Of a DNA stretch of 64,000 nucleotides, positions 45,519 through 55,136 are shown in pieces. The notes below the pieces were generated by a model, which worked only from the letters and a program-made list of their open reading frames with translations, did no database searches and had not been told where the DNA came from. Numbering within the stretch: the first letter of the stretch is position 1; each line of letters opens with the position of its first letter. Origin of the DNA: Terracidiphilus sp. (GTDB taxonomy: Bacteria > Acidobacteriota > Terriglobia > Terriglobales > Acidobacteriaceae); assembly GCA_049522255.1 (NCBI GenBank), contig JBEKOA010000001.1:4216-68215 (forward strand). Reading direction: 5' to 3'. A program made the position numbers and the translations under genes.

Positions 45519-48353
45519 CTAAAAATTCAACGTAATCTTAGCCGTCAGCGCTCGCGGAGTTACGTAATGCGTGCCGCTGAAGGTGGAGAGGAAGTTATAC
45601 AGCGCGTACTTGTTGGTAACATTGATCGCCGTCAGATCGAGATTCATCTTATAGCGATCTTTGTGGAAGAGATTGTCTTTGCCGATGGAGGCGTCGAAGA
45701 GGTCGCGGGGCGCGATGCGCTGGGGGTTGTGGTCGTTGTCGCCCTTGCCCGGCGCGGGAATGCTGATCAGGTTTGAGGTAAACTGCGAGGCCGGGCAGAC
45801 AGGTTGCAGCCCTTGCGAGGTCATGGTCTCAATCGGATTGCCGGGCGTCGCCTTCACGCCTCCACAGGCGAACCCAGCCTGAAATTCCTGGTCGGCAGTT
45901 AACGGGAGAGCGACACTCGCGCCAGTCACAGGGTTGATGGTTGGGGCTATGTTGGTGTCCACCATTGCTATCGTAGGCTGGCCGCCCGGCGTGATTGAAC
46001 TGTTTGCGCAGGGAGTGTTCGGATCGGTCAGGCCATAGCACGGTGTCGACCCGGCGACCAAGCCCGAGTCATAACGCCAGTTAAAGCCGCCCCAGAGGCC
46101 GTTCAGCGCTTTGCCGCGCGAGAACGTGTATTGCAGGTGGGTGGTCTGATTGAACTTCTCGTCGTGGTCGATGCGGAAAGGCAAGCCTGTCTGGCCGACG
46201 GTAGCACCGGCCCCTGCCACCTGCGGCGGAAAGAAGCGCGCAGCCACCGAAGAGGCGACGAGATAGGCGCTCATGCCATGGAACTGAGGAATATCCGCGC
46301 GCAGGGCATATCCGGGAATCTTCGAGTTATGCCAGTCAATGGGGAAAGTTATCGGCGTGTTACCCAGAACGCTGAAGTCGAAGGCGTTATGGGTGTACTT
46401 CCAAATATATTCGCCGCTCACTACCACTCTCTTGCCGAAGGCCTGTTGAAGGCCTGCATGGAATTCATTCTTGAATCCGGGCTGAAGCGTTCCCGCAACG
46501 CCAGAGGTGCAGTTCAGCAGCGGTGCCAGCACAGCGTTCGAGCAGCCATTGTTCGAGAGCACGAGGTTCTCGTTGAAGGGCGTCTCCAGCGTGCGCGCAT
46601 AAGAGACGCGAAGCACCGTCGTTGTCGGCTTGATGTTATACGCAATGCCAACGCGCGGCTGTGTCTGATTCGCATCGGTCAGGCCGTTGTAAACGTCCTC
46701 GCGCAGTCCCAGATTAAAGAGCCAGTTGCCGACCTTGATCTGGTCTTCCGCAAAGAGGCCCAGTTCCTTTACATCCGTATGGCCCAGGAAGTTATACTCA
46801 CTGCCGCCGCGAGTCAAATCGTAACGCGCGAGAACGGGATTGTAGTTAGGATTCTGGAGCGCTATAACGCCATCGCAAGGCGTCGGACCCGTGGGACCAG
46901 TGTATCCAGCCAGAGGGTTGCCATTTACATCCATGCAGGGAGCGCTGAGCGGATAAGTCGGCTCGACGATGCCCAATTTGTCGTCTTCGTCCAGGAAAGT
47001 TTGCCCGTACTGTGCGCCAGCCTTGAAGTTATGGATTCCCTTTGCATAAGAAATGTCGGAGTGGACGGCGGAGTTGGTCAGAGAGCGATCCTGCGCGATC
47101 GAGGAGGTTTGCAGGTCGGCAGGTCCAAGATCGGCCAGAGGATTGCCGCTGGGATAATAGTTATACTCGTCCCGTCGAACAAAGCCACCGAGATTGAAGA
47201 CGGTGTTATTGCCTATAACTCGCGTGTAAGTGGGCGAAACGTTGATAGTTCCGATCTTGGAGTGCTGGTCGGCATTGCCCACGTTGCCAAAGACCGGGCC
47301 GGCGCTCGCGCCGCCGCTGACTACATTTTGAACATTCAGATTATCGAATGAGTTAGGTGTCTGGAACCACGAGCGGGAGTAATTCACGTCCAGATGGATC
47401 GAATCGACCGGGGTAAAGCTATAGTCCACGCGATCAAAGACATTTTGCTCGTTGCCCTTGTCGTGGAACACCGAGAACTCCGGCGGATCGAGAAAGCGGC
47501 CGGAGTTGAGGCCGTCGGCCTCGATGAAATCTCCCCACTTGCTGCCGCCATAGGCCAGATCGAAACCGGCAGATGCCGATCCGAAGGCGCCATAGGAGGT
47601 ATTGATGCTGCCTGTCGGTTTCGTGACACCCTGACCTGAGCGCGTGGTGGCCACGATCACCAGGCTGGTTTTGCCGCCGTATTCGGCCGGGGGCGCGCCG
47701 CTGATCACCTCGATGGATTGGATCGAGTTAGAGGGAATCTGGTTGGAGAAGACTTTGCTTTGCTGATCGGTGATCGACTGGCCGTCTACGGAAAATGAAT
47801 TGGATGCGTGATCCCCCAGTCCGTGGAAGAGACCGTTGGAGTCGGCCGAAACGCCGGGCGTGGAAAGAGTGACCAGGGAACTGAGGCCGGACGATTCGCT
47901 TTCCAGCGGCACCTTGACGAACATCTCGCGATCCACATCGGTGTGGAAGGTGGGATCGGTCTCGACCAGGTCGCCGGACGACTCCACCGTAACCGTTTGA
48001 GAGCCGCCGGCAATCTCGAGAACCAGGTTCAGCGTGTTTCCCACCACCGAACGAATTTCAAAACCGCGGCTCAAGGAGTTGAATCCGCTGGCTGAGACAG
48101 TGATCCGGTAAGGGTTGAAAGGGATGTTGGCAAAGAGAAACTGGCCGGTCGCGTCTGTGGAGACAATGCGGTCGAGCCCACTGACCTCGTTGGTCAGATG
48201 CACCGTTGCACCGGGAATCACGGCCCCGGATGGGTCTGTGACGGTGCCGCGCACCGAGCCCGAGTTGCTGCCCTCGGCAAGCACATAGAGCGAGGCAAAG
48301 ATCAAGATAAGGATAGAAATTATGCGAAGTGTAGGGCCGTGATGGAACGGCAT
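45519..48353 (-). CDS. TonB-dependent receptor with an N-terminal carboxypeptidase-regulatory-like domain
   Basis: Signal peptide; G.VTDPSGAVIPGATV; plug PAEYGGK; C-terminal aromatic ..KITLNF. Confidence 0.9.
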   Translation of the reverse strand: MPFHHGPTLRIISILILIFASLYVLAEGSNSGSVRGTVTDPSGAVIPGATVHLTNEVSGLDRIVSTDATGQFLFANIPFNPYRITVSASGFNSLSRGFEIRSVVGNTLNLVLEIAGGSQTVTVESSGDLVETDPTFHTDVDREMFVKVPLESESSGLSSLVTLSTPGVSADSNGLFHGLGDHASNSFSVDGQSITDQQSKVFSNQIPSNSIQSIEVISGAPPAEYGGKTSLVIVATTRSGQGVTKPTGSINTSYGAFGSASAGFDLAYGGSKWGDFIEADGLNSGRFLDPPEFSVFHDKGNEQNVFDRVDYSFTPVDSIHLDVNYSRSWFQTPNSFDNLNVQNVVSGGASAGPVFGNVGNADQHSKIGTINVSPTYTRVIGNNTVFNLGGFVRRDEYNYYPSGNPLADLGPADLQTSSIAQDRSLTNSAVHSDISYAKGIHNFKAGAQYGQTFLDEDDKLGIVEPTYPLSAPCMDVNGNPLAGYTGPTGPTPCDGVIALQNPNYNPVLARYDLTRGGSEYNFLGHTDVKELGLFAEDQIKVGNWLFNLGLREDVYNGLTDANQTQPRVGIAYNIKPTTTVLRVSYARTLETPFNENLVLSNNGCSNAVLAPLLNCTSGVAGTLQPGFKNEFHAGLQQAFGKRVVVSGEYIWKYTHNAFDFSVLGNTPITFPIDWHNSKIPGYALRADIPQFHGMSAYLVASSVAARFFPPQVAGAGATVGQTGLPFRIDHDEKFNQTTHLQYTFSRGKALNGLWGGFNWRYDSGLVAGSTPCYGLTDPNTPCANSSITPGGQPTIAMVDTNIAPTINPVTGASVALPLTADQEFQAGFACGGVKATPGNPIETMTSQGLQPVCPASQFTSNLISIPAPGKGDNDHNPQRIAPRDLFDASIGKDNLFHKDRYKMNLDLTAINVTNKYALYNFLSTFSGTHYVTPRALTAKITLNF

Positions 48354-48541
48354 TTCGAACCTCCTGGCGAGATCTGCATATGTGCAAAGCAGGCCGTGGC
48401 AGCAACCGCCGCGGCATCCTCTGTGCGAAGAGTCATCGATCCGATTCCAGAGTCAGTTTGAGGGGAAACGCCGGAGAAGCGCCCGCAATAGGATCATTGA
48501 GCGACCGGTCGAAGACTGAGACGGGAGATCGGGAAGAGGCT

Positions 48542-48856
48542 CTAGCAGAAGTCAGGCGGGGGACGCGTAAAGAGTTTGGGGTGCCAATGCCGGATAACGG
48601 CGCGCGCCTCGTAGACCTGAGCAGCGGCCTGTATCCGGATCAGGACAACCACGGCTGCAACGGCTGCAACCGGCGCAGCCGAGTGCATCGCGATGCAGAG
48701 CTGACAATGGTCCGCATCGCTTTCGATCGCGTGGAAGTGGGCCACTTGCACCACGACCAGCAGAGCCAGCAGGGCCAGACACAATAGAGCTCCTGCCCCG
48801 AAAGCGCTTGGCTTCGGGCGGCGATCTTCGCTCATATGGGCCTGAAATTTTGTCAA
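48542..48856 (-). CDS. DUF2946 (CruR/CutF-like) small protein with CxxC and C-terminal RPPP
   Basis: TM segment, HFH..DHCQLC..MH, ends FTRPPPDFC; directly upstream of the TonB receptor. Confidence 0.75.
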   Translation of the reverse strand: MTKFQAHMSEDRRPKPSAFGAGALLCLALLALLVVVQVAHFHAIESDADHCQLCIAMHSAAPVAAVAAVVVLIRIQAAAQVYEARAVIRHWHPKLFTRPPPDFC

Positions 48857-49004
48857 TCGACCATCCTAAACTAAAGGATACACAGTATTGGACGTCGCTG
48901 CTGCGGTCTGGGATGCTCCTTTCTAACCTGAATTTCTCCAAATTGTGCCCGCCAATGGACAGCTAAGCCGTCTAAACTGTTCAGTTATGAACTGTTTTTG
49001 TTCA

Positions 49005-50051
49005 ATGCGTTGTGCGGCAAAGGCTGCCTTGGCGCTCCTGCTGGCGGTGGCCGCAGCCGGCGCCGCCCAGAATCAGGTCCAACCCCAACCCCAGCCTCAA
49101 TCGCAGAAGCCATTGGCGCTCAAGCCCGACCTGCCCGGAATGGCTACCAATCATCGCCTCATTCTGAAGGACGGAAGTTATCAGATCGTTCGCAGGTATG
49201 AGATTGTGGGCGACCGCGTGCGCTACATCTCCATGGAGCGCGGCGGCGATTGGGAAGAGCTGCCCGTGGATCTCGTTGACTGGGATGCCACGCGGAAGTG
49301 GGAACGGGATCATGCCAGCCAGCCCGAGGAAGAGGCCTCTCCGGCAATGAAAGAAGCTGCCAATATCGACAAGGAAGAGGCCGCCGAGCGCGCCGAGCAA
49401 CTGGCGCGGCGGCCCGAAGTCGCCAAGGGGCTCGAGCTGCCCGATGAGGACGGCGTCTTTGCCCTGGATACATTTCAAGGCTCGCCGGAGTTGGTGGAAC
49501 TGCTGCCGGTCGACCTGGCGCTGAATGCGAAGAACAGACACGGGCTGAGTACGTTGAATCCGCTGGCCGGCGCAAAAGCCAGCCTGGAGTTGGACGGCCA
49601 GCACGCCAAGATTCATCTTCACGTGAACGATCCGGCGATCTATCTGGCGCTGGCCGCGAGCGACAACTCTGAGAAGGTGCTCTCACACGCCCTGACGGTG
49701 GAGACCAAAGGCGCGAAAGAGGTAGCCAACCGCAAGCACGGCGCTCATTCGACTGCTTCAGGGTTTGCCATTGTCCGCGCGGATGAGCGCAAGGCGGTGC
49801 GGATCGTCGGCGCCATTCACATGAGCCCCAGCGGCTCTGTCACCCAGGACGAGAATGTGATTCCCGCCAAGGTCGAGGTGGTGGCCGGCAAGCACTGGCT
49901 CAAGATCACTCCCAACGATCCACTTGCCATTGGAGAATATGCGCTGGTAGAGATCATCTCCGCCTCCGACATCAATCAAACGGTGTGGGATTTCCGCGTT
50001 GACCCGCAGTTGGGAGACAACGAGGGGTCGTTGGGGCCGATCTTCAAATAG
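49005..50051 (+). CDS. Exported hypothetical protein
   Basis: Signal peptide and Q/P linker; long high-GC ORF. Confidence 0.7.
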   Translation: MRCAAKAALALLLAVAAAGAAQNQVQPQPQPQSQKPLALKPDLPGMATNHRLILKDGSYQIVRRYEIVGDRVRYISMERGGDWEELPVDLVDWDATRKWERDHASQPEEEASPAMKEAANIDKEEAAERAEQLARRPEVAKGLELPDEDGVFALDTFQGSPELVELLPVDLALNAKNRHGLSTLNPLAGAKASLELDGQHAKIHLHVNDPAIYLALAASDNSEKVLSHALTVETKGAKEVANRKHGAHSTASGFAIVRADERKAVRIVGAIHMSPSGSVTQDENVIPAKVEVVAGKHWLKITPNDPLAIGEYALVEIISASDINQTVWDFRVDPQLGDNEGSLGPIFK

Positions 50052-50551
50052 AGGGACTGGCGCCGGCTATGCTGAATGGGCTAAAGAGGTTGAACACACC
50101 CCGCGCGACCGCCGTGACTCCTCTCGAAAGCGCGCTTTCAGAGCATCAAAAAAGCTCCTGATCCTCCCTTGTCTGTTCTGGTTCCCAGGAGTATATTCCC
50201 TTGAGTGCGGACGCCCCATCGCGACCGTGTACCGCAGAAAGCTTCCGGCTCCGTGCGCCGGGGTAGAATTTCCGGCACGCGCGGCCTATCCGGAATGAAT
50301 GCTTGCAAGCGGTGTTTTGAAGCACTTCCGCTTGCATGCGACTTCTCCAACTTTGTACCAGCGATCTGATTTGCCTGCGCGCGGCTCCGGCAGCTCCGGG
50401 GCGCAAACGCGGGGCGTGAACCATGCCCTTCCCCCGGCATGGAGCGCAGCGGACACGCGAGAGACCACGGCTCGGAATTTGTTCCTCGCTGCCGGCCGAA
50501 CTTCGTCTGGCGCAACCTCCACGGGATACCCCATCGGAGAAGGAGTCAGCT

Positions 50552-52144
50552 ATGTCAAATTCCAAAAGAGTTGCCCTTAAGGGCAGTGAACGCGTCCCGC
50601 TGCCGGGAGCGCGCGCGATCGGTCCTACCGATCCCCATCAACTCATTGAAATCTCTCTAGTGCTCAAGCACCGCCAGCCTCTTGAGACGGCCCACCACTC
50701 CGGCAAATTCATCACTCACAGTGAGTTTGCCGTGAAGTATGGCGCCGATCCAACCCATGTGGACATCGTCAGGAAGTTTGCTGAATTCAATAAACTGCAA
50801 GTGCTGGAACGGGGCGACGAGGTCATGCGGCGCACCGTCACCCTGGCCGGAACAGCCTCAAAGATGGAGAAGGCCTTTGGCATCGAGCTGATCGATTACG
50901 ACCATCCGGACGGAAACTACCGCGGACGCACGGGCGCGATTCAGCTCCCAGAGGAGATTGCTCCGTTTGTGAAGGGCGTCTTTGGACTGGACGACCGGCC
51001 GGTGGCCAAACCGCACTTCCGCTACCGTAGCAACAATCGCGCCTTTGGCGTCCGCGCAACCAATAAGTCGTTTTCTCCAACGGAAGTGTCGAAGCTCTAT
51101 GACTTTCCGCAGGATGTGAACGGGACAGGTCAGGTGATCGGTCTCGTCGAACTGGGCGGCGGCTATCGCCCGGCCGACATTCAGGACTACTTCAAGTCGA
51201 TAGGACTTCCGGCGCCGCAGGTCAAAACCTCGTCAGTAGACCAGGCGAAGAACCGCCCCTCCACGGCAAACAGCGCCGATGGCGAGGTGATGCTCGACAT
51301 TGAGATAGCAGGGGCGGTCGCCCCTGGGGCGATGATCGTTGCCTACTTTTGCCCCAATACTTCACGCGGATTTCAGGATGCGCTCAGCATGGCGGTTCAC
51401 GACCAGCTCCGCAAGCCGACCGTGATCTCGATCAGTTGGGGAGGGCCGGAGTCGGGTTGGACCGGCCAGTCAATGCAGAACTTTGACGATGTGGCCCAGG
51501 AGGCCGGCTTGCTGGGTATCGCCATTACCGTGGCGGCCGGCGATGACGGTTCGAGCGACGGACTGAACGACGGCCAGAATCACGTGGACTTCCCGGCTTC
51601 GAGCCCGCATGTGCTGGCAGCGGGCGGCACGCGGTTGATTGCGTCGCAGAGCGTCATCGCCAGCGAGACCGTGTGGAACGACGGCGCGCAAGGCGGGGCC
51701 ACCGGTGGAGGATTCAGCACCTTCTTTGCGCGGCCCGACTGGCAGGCCAACGAGGGAGCGCAGCCCAACCGCGGAGTGCCCGATGTGGCCGGCAACGCCG
51801 ATCCAGAGACCGGTTACAACGTGCTTGTGGATGGGCAGCAGATGGTGGTTGGCGGCACCAGCGCGGTTGCGCCGCTTTGGGCGGGACTCATCGCCTTGCT
51901 CGGCCAGAAGCTCCAATCCCGCATTGGGTTCATCAACCCGGCCCTCTACAGCACCGATGAATCGACCTGCTTCCGGGATATTACTTCGGGCAACAATGGC
52001 GCATTTTCCGCCGGCCCCGGCTGGGATCCAACGACTGGGCTGGGATCGCCGGTGGGAATCCAAATCATGCACTCGATGCAGGGAGTCACCGCACAAACCC
52101 ATGCCGAAAAGGGGGCTCGCGTGCACTCGTCGCCTTCGCATTAA
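50552..52144 (+). CDS. S53 (sedolisin/kumamolisin) peptidase with pro-domain
   Basis: EVMLD, AAGDDG, GGTSAVAP, Ca-site DIT.GNNG..GWDPTTGLGSP; AAGGAG RBS. Confidence 0.92.
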   Translation: MSNSKRVALKGSERVPLPGARAIGPTDPHQLIEISLVLKHRQPLETAHHSGKFITHSEFAVKYGADPTHVDIVRKFAEFNKLQVLERGDEVMRRTVTLAGTASKMEKAFGIELIDYDHPDGNYRGRTGAIQLPEEIAPFVKGVFGLDDRPVAKPHFRYRSNNRAFGVRATNKSFSPTEVSKLYDFPQDVNGTGQVIGLVELGGGYRPADIQDYFKSIGLPAPQVKTSSVDQAKNRPSTANSADGEVMLDIEIAGAVAPGAMIVAYFCPNTSRGFQDALSMAVHDQLRKPTVISISWGGPESGWTGQSMQNFDDVAQEAGLLGIAITVAAGDDGSSDGLNDGQNHVDFPASSPHVLAAGGTRLIASQSVIASETVWNDGAQGGATGGGFSTFFARPDWQANEGAQPNRGVPDVAGNADPETGYNVLVDGQQMVVGGTSAVAPLWAGLIALLGQKLQSRIGFINPALYSTDESTCFRDITSGNNGAFSAGPGWDPTTGLGSPVGIQIMHSMQGVTAQTHAEKGARVHSSPSH

Positions 52145-52166
52145 GCGCGGCTTGGAATTGTTCTAA

Positions 52167-52212
52167 GGCGTCCCACCCTCGCGCCAGAAAAAAGGCGCAA
52201 GGGTGGGACGCC
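52167..52212. repeat. REP-like palindrome / bidirectional terminator
   Basis: GGCGTCCCACCCT-CGCGCC-AGAAAAAA-GGCGC-A-AGGGTGGGACGCC between convergent genes. Confidence 0.55.
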
Positions 52213-52265
52213 CAGCCGATTCTGATTCCCTTTCATAAGACCAGAAGAGTCAAATTGCAGCGCGA

Positions 52266-53054
52266 TCAATTCGTCTGCCGTTGCACTCTAGGCTGATCAC
52301 TGCTTGCGTTGTCAGAGTCGTTGATTCCGGCTCGCACGCTTCGAGCGGATCGATTAGCCACATCTCCACCTATCACTTTTAGGCTAGTGAGAACTCTCCG
52401 CTCGGTCTCGGGGGACATACCGCCTCCGTCACCCCCGCCAGCGAGCTCGCATATTCCCTTTTGATCCTTTGGTGGAAACCTCGTCAGCGTCGTGACAAAT
52501 TCCTTTGGATTGCGCTCCAGCGACTCGCCGTAGAAGTCGCCAAGTATCTCGGCAAGTGCTCCATCGCTATAGCGCCAGCCCTCCAGAAGCGGGCGCAGAA
52601 TTCCCTTATGTCCTTGTTTGCGAAGCTTGATCAATAGGTCGGCTGTGTCCTCGTTGCAGCTGTGGCCGAAGTCATTGGTTACGCAGCCGCGCCAGACCGT
52701 CAGCAACTCTTCTAGGTTGAGCTCGTAATCGTGACCAAGCGTTGCCAGAAAATAATTGGCTAGTTGCTTTCTGTCCAAGTCAGTTTCATTGCGCTTGACA
52801 GATTTCAGCAATCGAATCGCCCGCGCCTTCTCGAGAGGTTTCAATTTCAGCGAACTGGCGGGTACGCCGTCCGGGGCCAACTCTTCAAGGATACCTTTGG
52901 GTTCGATTACGCCAATTCCTTCGGTCTGTGCAGGTGCTGTTAGTCCAGAAACTGCGGCGCAGCTAGCCATAAACACCATAGAAACCAGCGTGAATTTGAA
53001 AGAGCAAGAACGGAAAACCACAAATCTACCTCCGGCGTTTGCAGACCCAACCAC
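52266..53054 (-). CDS. Exported hypothetical protein (start uncertain)
   Basis: Signal-like N-terminus; 262-aa ORF. Confidence 0.55.
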   Translation of the reverse strand: MVGSANAGGRFVVFRSCSFKFTLVSMVFMASCAAVSGLTAPAQTEGIGVIEPKGILEELAPDGVPASSLKLKPLEKARAIRLLKSVKRNETDLDRKQLANYFLATLGHDYELNLEELLTVWRGCVTNDFGHSCNEDTADLLIKLRKQGHKGILRPLLEGWRYSDGALAEILGDFYGESLERNPKEFVTTLTRFPPKDQKGICELAGGGDGGGMSPETERRVLTSLKVIGGDVANRSARSVRAGINDSDNASSDQPRVQRQTN

Positions 53055-53151
53055 CCGAAACGTCCCGCTCGCGGGCCGAACGAGTCGCGAATCGGAACCG
53101 AGAACCGGAATCTCGTTTCGTCAACTTCCACTTGCGGTAGATGTGGCTCCG

Positions 53152-53688
53152 CTACGGCACCACATCGGGTGCCGGCAACACTTTCAAATGAGCGTCAGCG
53201 AGAGGCAAGTTCTCGTCAACATTCGTAAATTCAAGATCCAGAACATATGCCTCTCCTTTCTTTGCCTGAAAACCGCCAAGAAAGAAATCCATTTGCGTCC
53301 CATCCCAGCGGCGGCAAGCGCTTTGTTCACGGTAGGATTTCTCGTTCGGTCCTTGAGCGACAACCTGCGCGCCATCCCACAGCGTCCAACTCGCCTGGAT
53401 GCGATGACTTGGATTGCTGGTGCACGCGGGATAAGAAGATCCATTATCCCCGTCAGCCTTGATCAGGCAGCACCATTCGAAATGGGGAAGGTCAGTCCTG
53501 ACAATTACATCGATTAAATACGGACGTTTCTTGATGCTGAAGGCCGGGGTCCTAATATGCCCATTCGTGAGCTGGAACGGCATGTCAATTCCTGTCTTCT
53601 CGTGCTGCGCCAGCGCCGGGTGCGAAGACCATGCCATTGTGAGAAAGACACCCAGTAGGATCTCTCTTCTGATCGGAGTCCTATTCAT
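53152..53688 (-). CDS. Exported hypothetical protein
   Basis: MNRTPIRREILLGVFL..ALAQ signal peptide. Confidence 0.6.
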   Translation of the reverse strand: MNRTPIRREILLGVFLTMAWSSHPALAQHEKTGIDMPFQLTNGHIRTPAFSIKKRPYLIDVIVRTDLPHFEWCCLIKADGDNGSSYPACTSNPSHRIQASWTLWDGAQVVAQGPNEKSYREQSACRRWDGTQMDFFLGGFQAKKGEAYVLDLEFTNVDENLPLADAHLKVLPAPDVVP

Positions 53689-53780
53689 CGTTCATGGCTC
53701 CCTTCGGTTGATCGTTCAGTTCCATCACCAGGGGGACTTGGATCTCGATTCTGAAATGCGAAGTTTACCTCGTTGGATCG

Positions 53781-55136
53781 TTATTCGCGCACGCTGATGC
53801 CTAGCGTCTTCATCTTGCGGTAGAGGTGGCTGCGCTCTAAGCCTAACAGCTCGGCGGCGCGGCTGACGTTGTTGCGGGCTTCTTCGACTTTCTTGAGGAT
53901 GAATTCGCGCTCGTAAGCGTCGCGGGCCTGTTGCAGCGTCGAAAACTCCTCTGTCGAGCGCGTGCCGGCCTTGTGGGTCAGCGGCGGCAGATGCTTGCGC
54001 TCGATGCGCAGGGTGCGGGGATTGAGGATGAGAACCCGCTCGACGACATTCTTCAATTCGCGCACATTGCCGGGCCAGTGGTACTGCGCCAGCGCGTCCA
54101 GGGCCTCGTCGCCGATCTCCATGCGCGGTCGGCCATACTGGCGGCCGAATTCTGCGAGAAACTCGCGCGCCAGCGGCGGAATATCCTGCTTGCGCTCGCG
54201 CAGCGGCGGCACAAAGAACGGGACCACATTCAGACGGTAAAAAAGGTCCTCGCGGAAGTTGCCCTTGGCGATCTCCTCTTCGAGATCCTTGTTGGTAGAG
54301 GCGATCAGCCGCGCGTCGATTCGAATCGGCTGTGTGCCCCCTACCGGCGTGAACTGCTGATCGTCGAGCGCCGAGAGCACCTTGGATTGCGTCTTGAGGC
54401 TCATGTCGCCGACTTCGTCGAGGAAGAGCGTACCACCGTCGGCTCTCTCCAGCGTGCCGCGCTGCTCGGGAAGGCCTCCGGGTTGCGCTCCGTGCCGGTA
54501 GCCGAAGAGCTCGGCCTCGATGTGCGCCTCGGGGATGGCGGCGCAGTTCAGCTCGACAAAAATCTGATCTTTGCGCAGGCTCTCGGCGTGAATGGCGCGG
54601 GCGATCAGTTCCTTGCCTGTGCCCGATTCGCCATAGATGAGCACGCGGCCGTTGGTCGGCGCCATGAGACGAATCTGCTGTCGCAAGGCTTTGACGGGCA
54701 CGCTCTCCCCGGTTATCACCGAGCCCACGCTGAACTGGCGCTTGAATTCCTGATTCTCGGTGCGCAGCCGGCGCGCTTCAACTGCATTTTTCAAGACGAT
54801 CAGCGTGCGGTCCAGCGAGAGTGGCTTCTCAAGAAAGTCATAGGCGCCCAGCTTGGTGGCCTTCACGGCGGTCTCGATCGAGCCGTGGCCGCTGATGATG
54901 ACAACCTCGGGGCGCGTCGCGGCACCCTGGCGGTGAATGTCGCTGAGCACATCGAGGCCGTCGCGATCGGGCAGCCAGATATCGAGCAGGACCACGTCGT
55001 AGGCGGCATCCTCCAGCAGCACCTGCGCCTCGGCCGCGGTGGCCGCGCTGGCCACGCCGTAACCCTCCTCGCGCAAGATGTCTTCGAGAGAGGTGCGAAT
55101 CTCCGCCTCGTCGTCCACCACCAGAATGTGATTCAT
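53781..55136 (-). CDS. ntrX: NtrX-like REC-AAA+-Fis response regulator
   Basis: LVVDDE, LLDIWLP, GESGTGKE, FLDEVG, WPGNVREL, C-terminal HTH. Confidence 0.88.
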   Translation of the reverse strand: MNHILVVDDEAEIRTSLEDILREEGYGVASAATAAEAQVLLEDAAYDVVLLDIWLPDRDGLDVLSDIHRQGAATRPEVVIISGHGSIETAVKATKLGAYDFLEKPLSLDRTLIVLKNAVEARRLRTENQEFKRQFSVGSVITGESVPVKALRQQIRLMAPTNGRVLIYGESGTGKELIARAIHAESLRKDQIFVELNCAAIPEAHIEAELFGYRHGAQPGGLPEQRGTLERADGGTLFLDEVGDMSLKTQSKVLSALDDQQFTPVGGTQPIRIDARLIASTNKDLEEEIAKGNFREDLFYRLNVVPFFVPPLRERKQDIPPLAREFLAEFGRQYGRPRMEIGDEALDALAQYHWPGNVRELKNVVERVLILNPRTLRIERKHLPPLTHKAGTRSTEEFSTLQQARDAYEREFILKKVEEARNNVSRAAELLGLERSHLYRKMKTLGISVRE

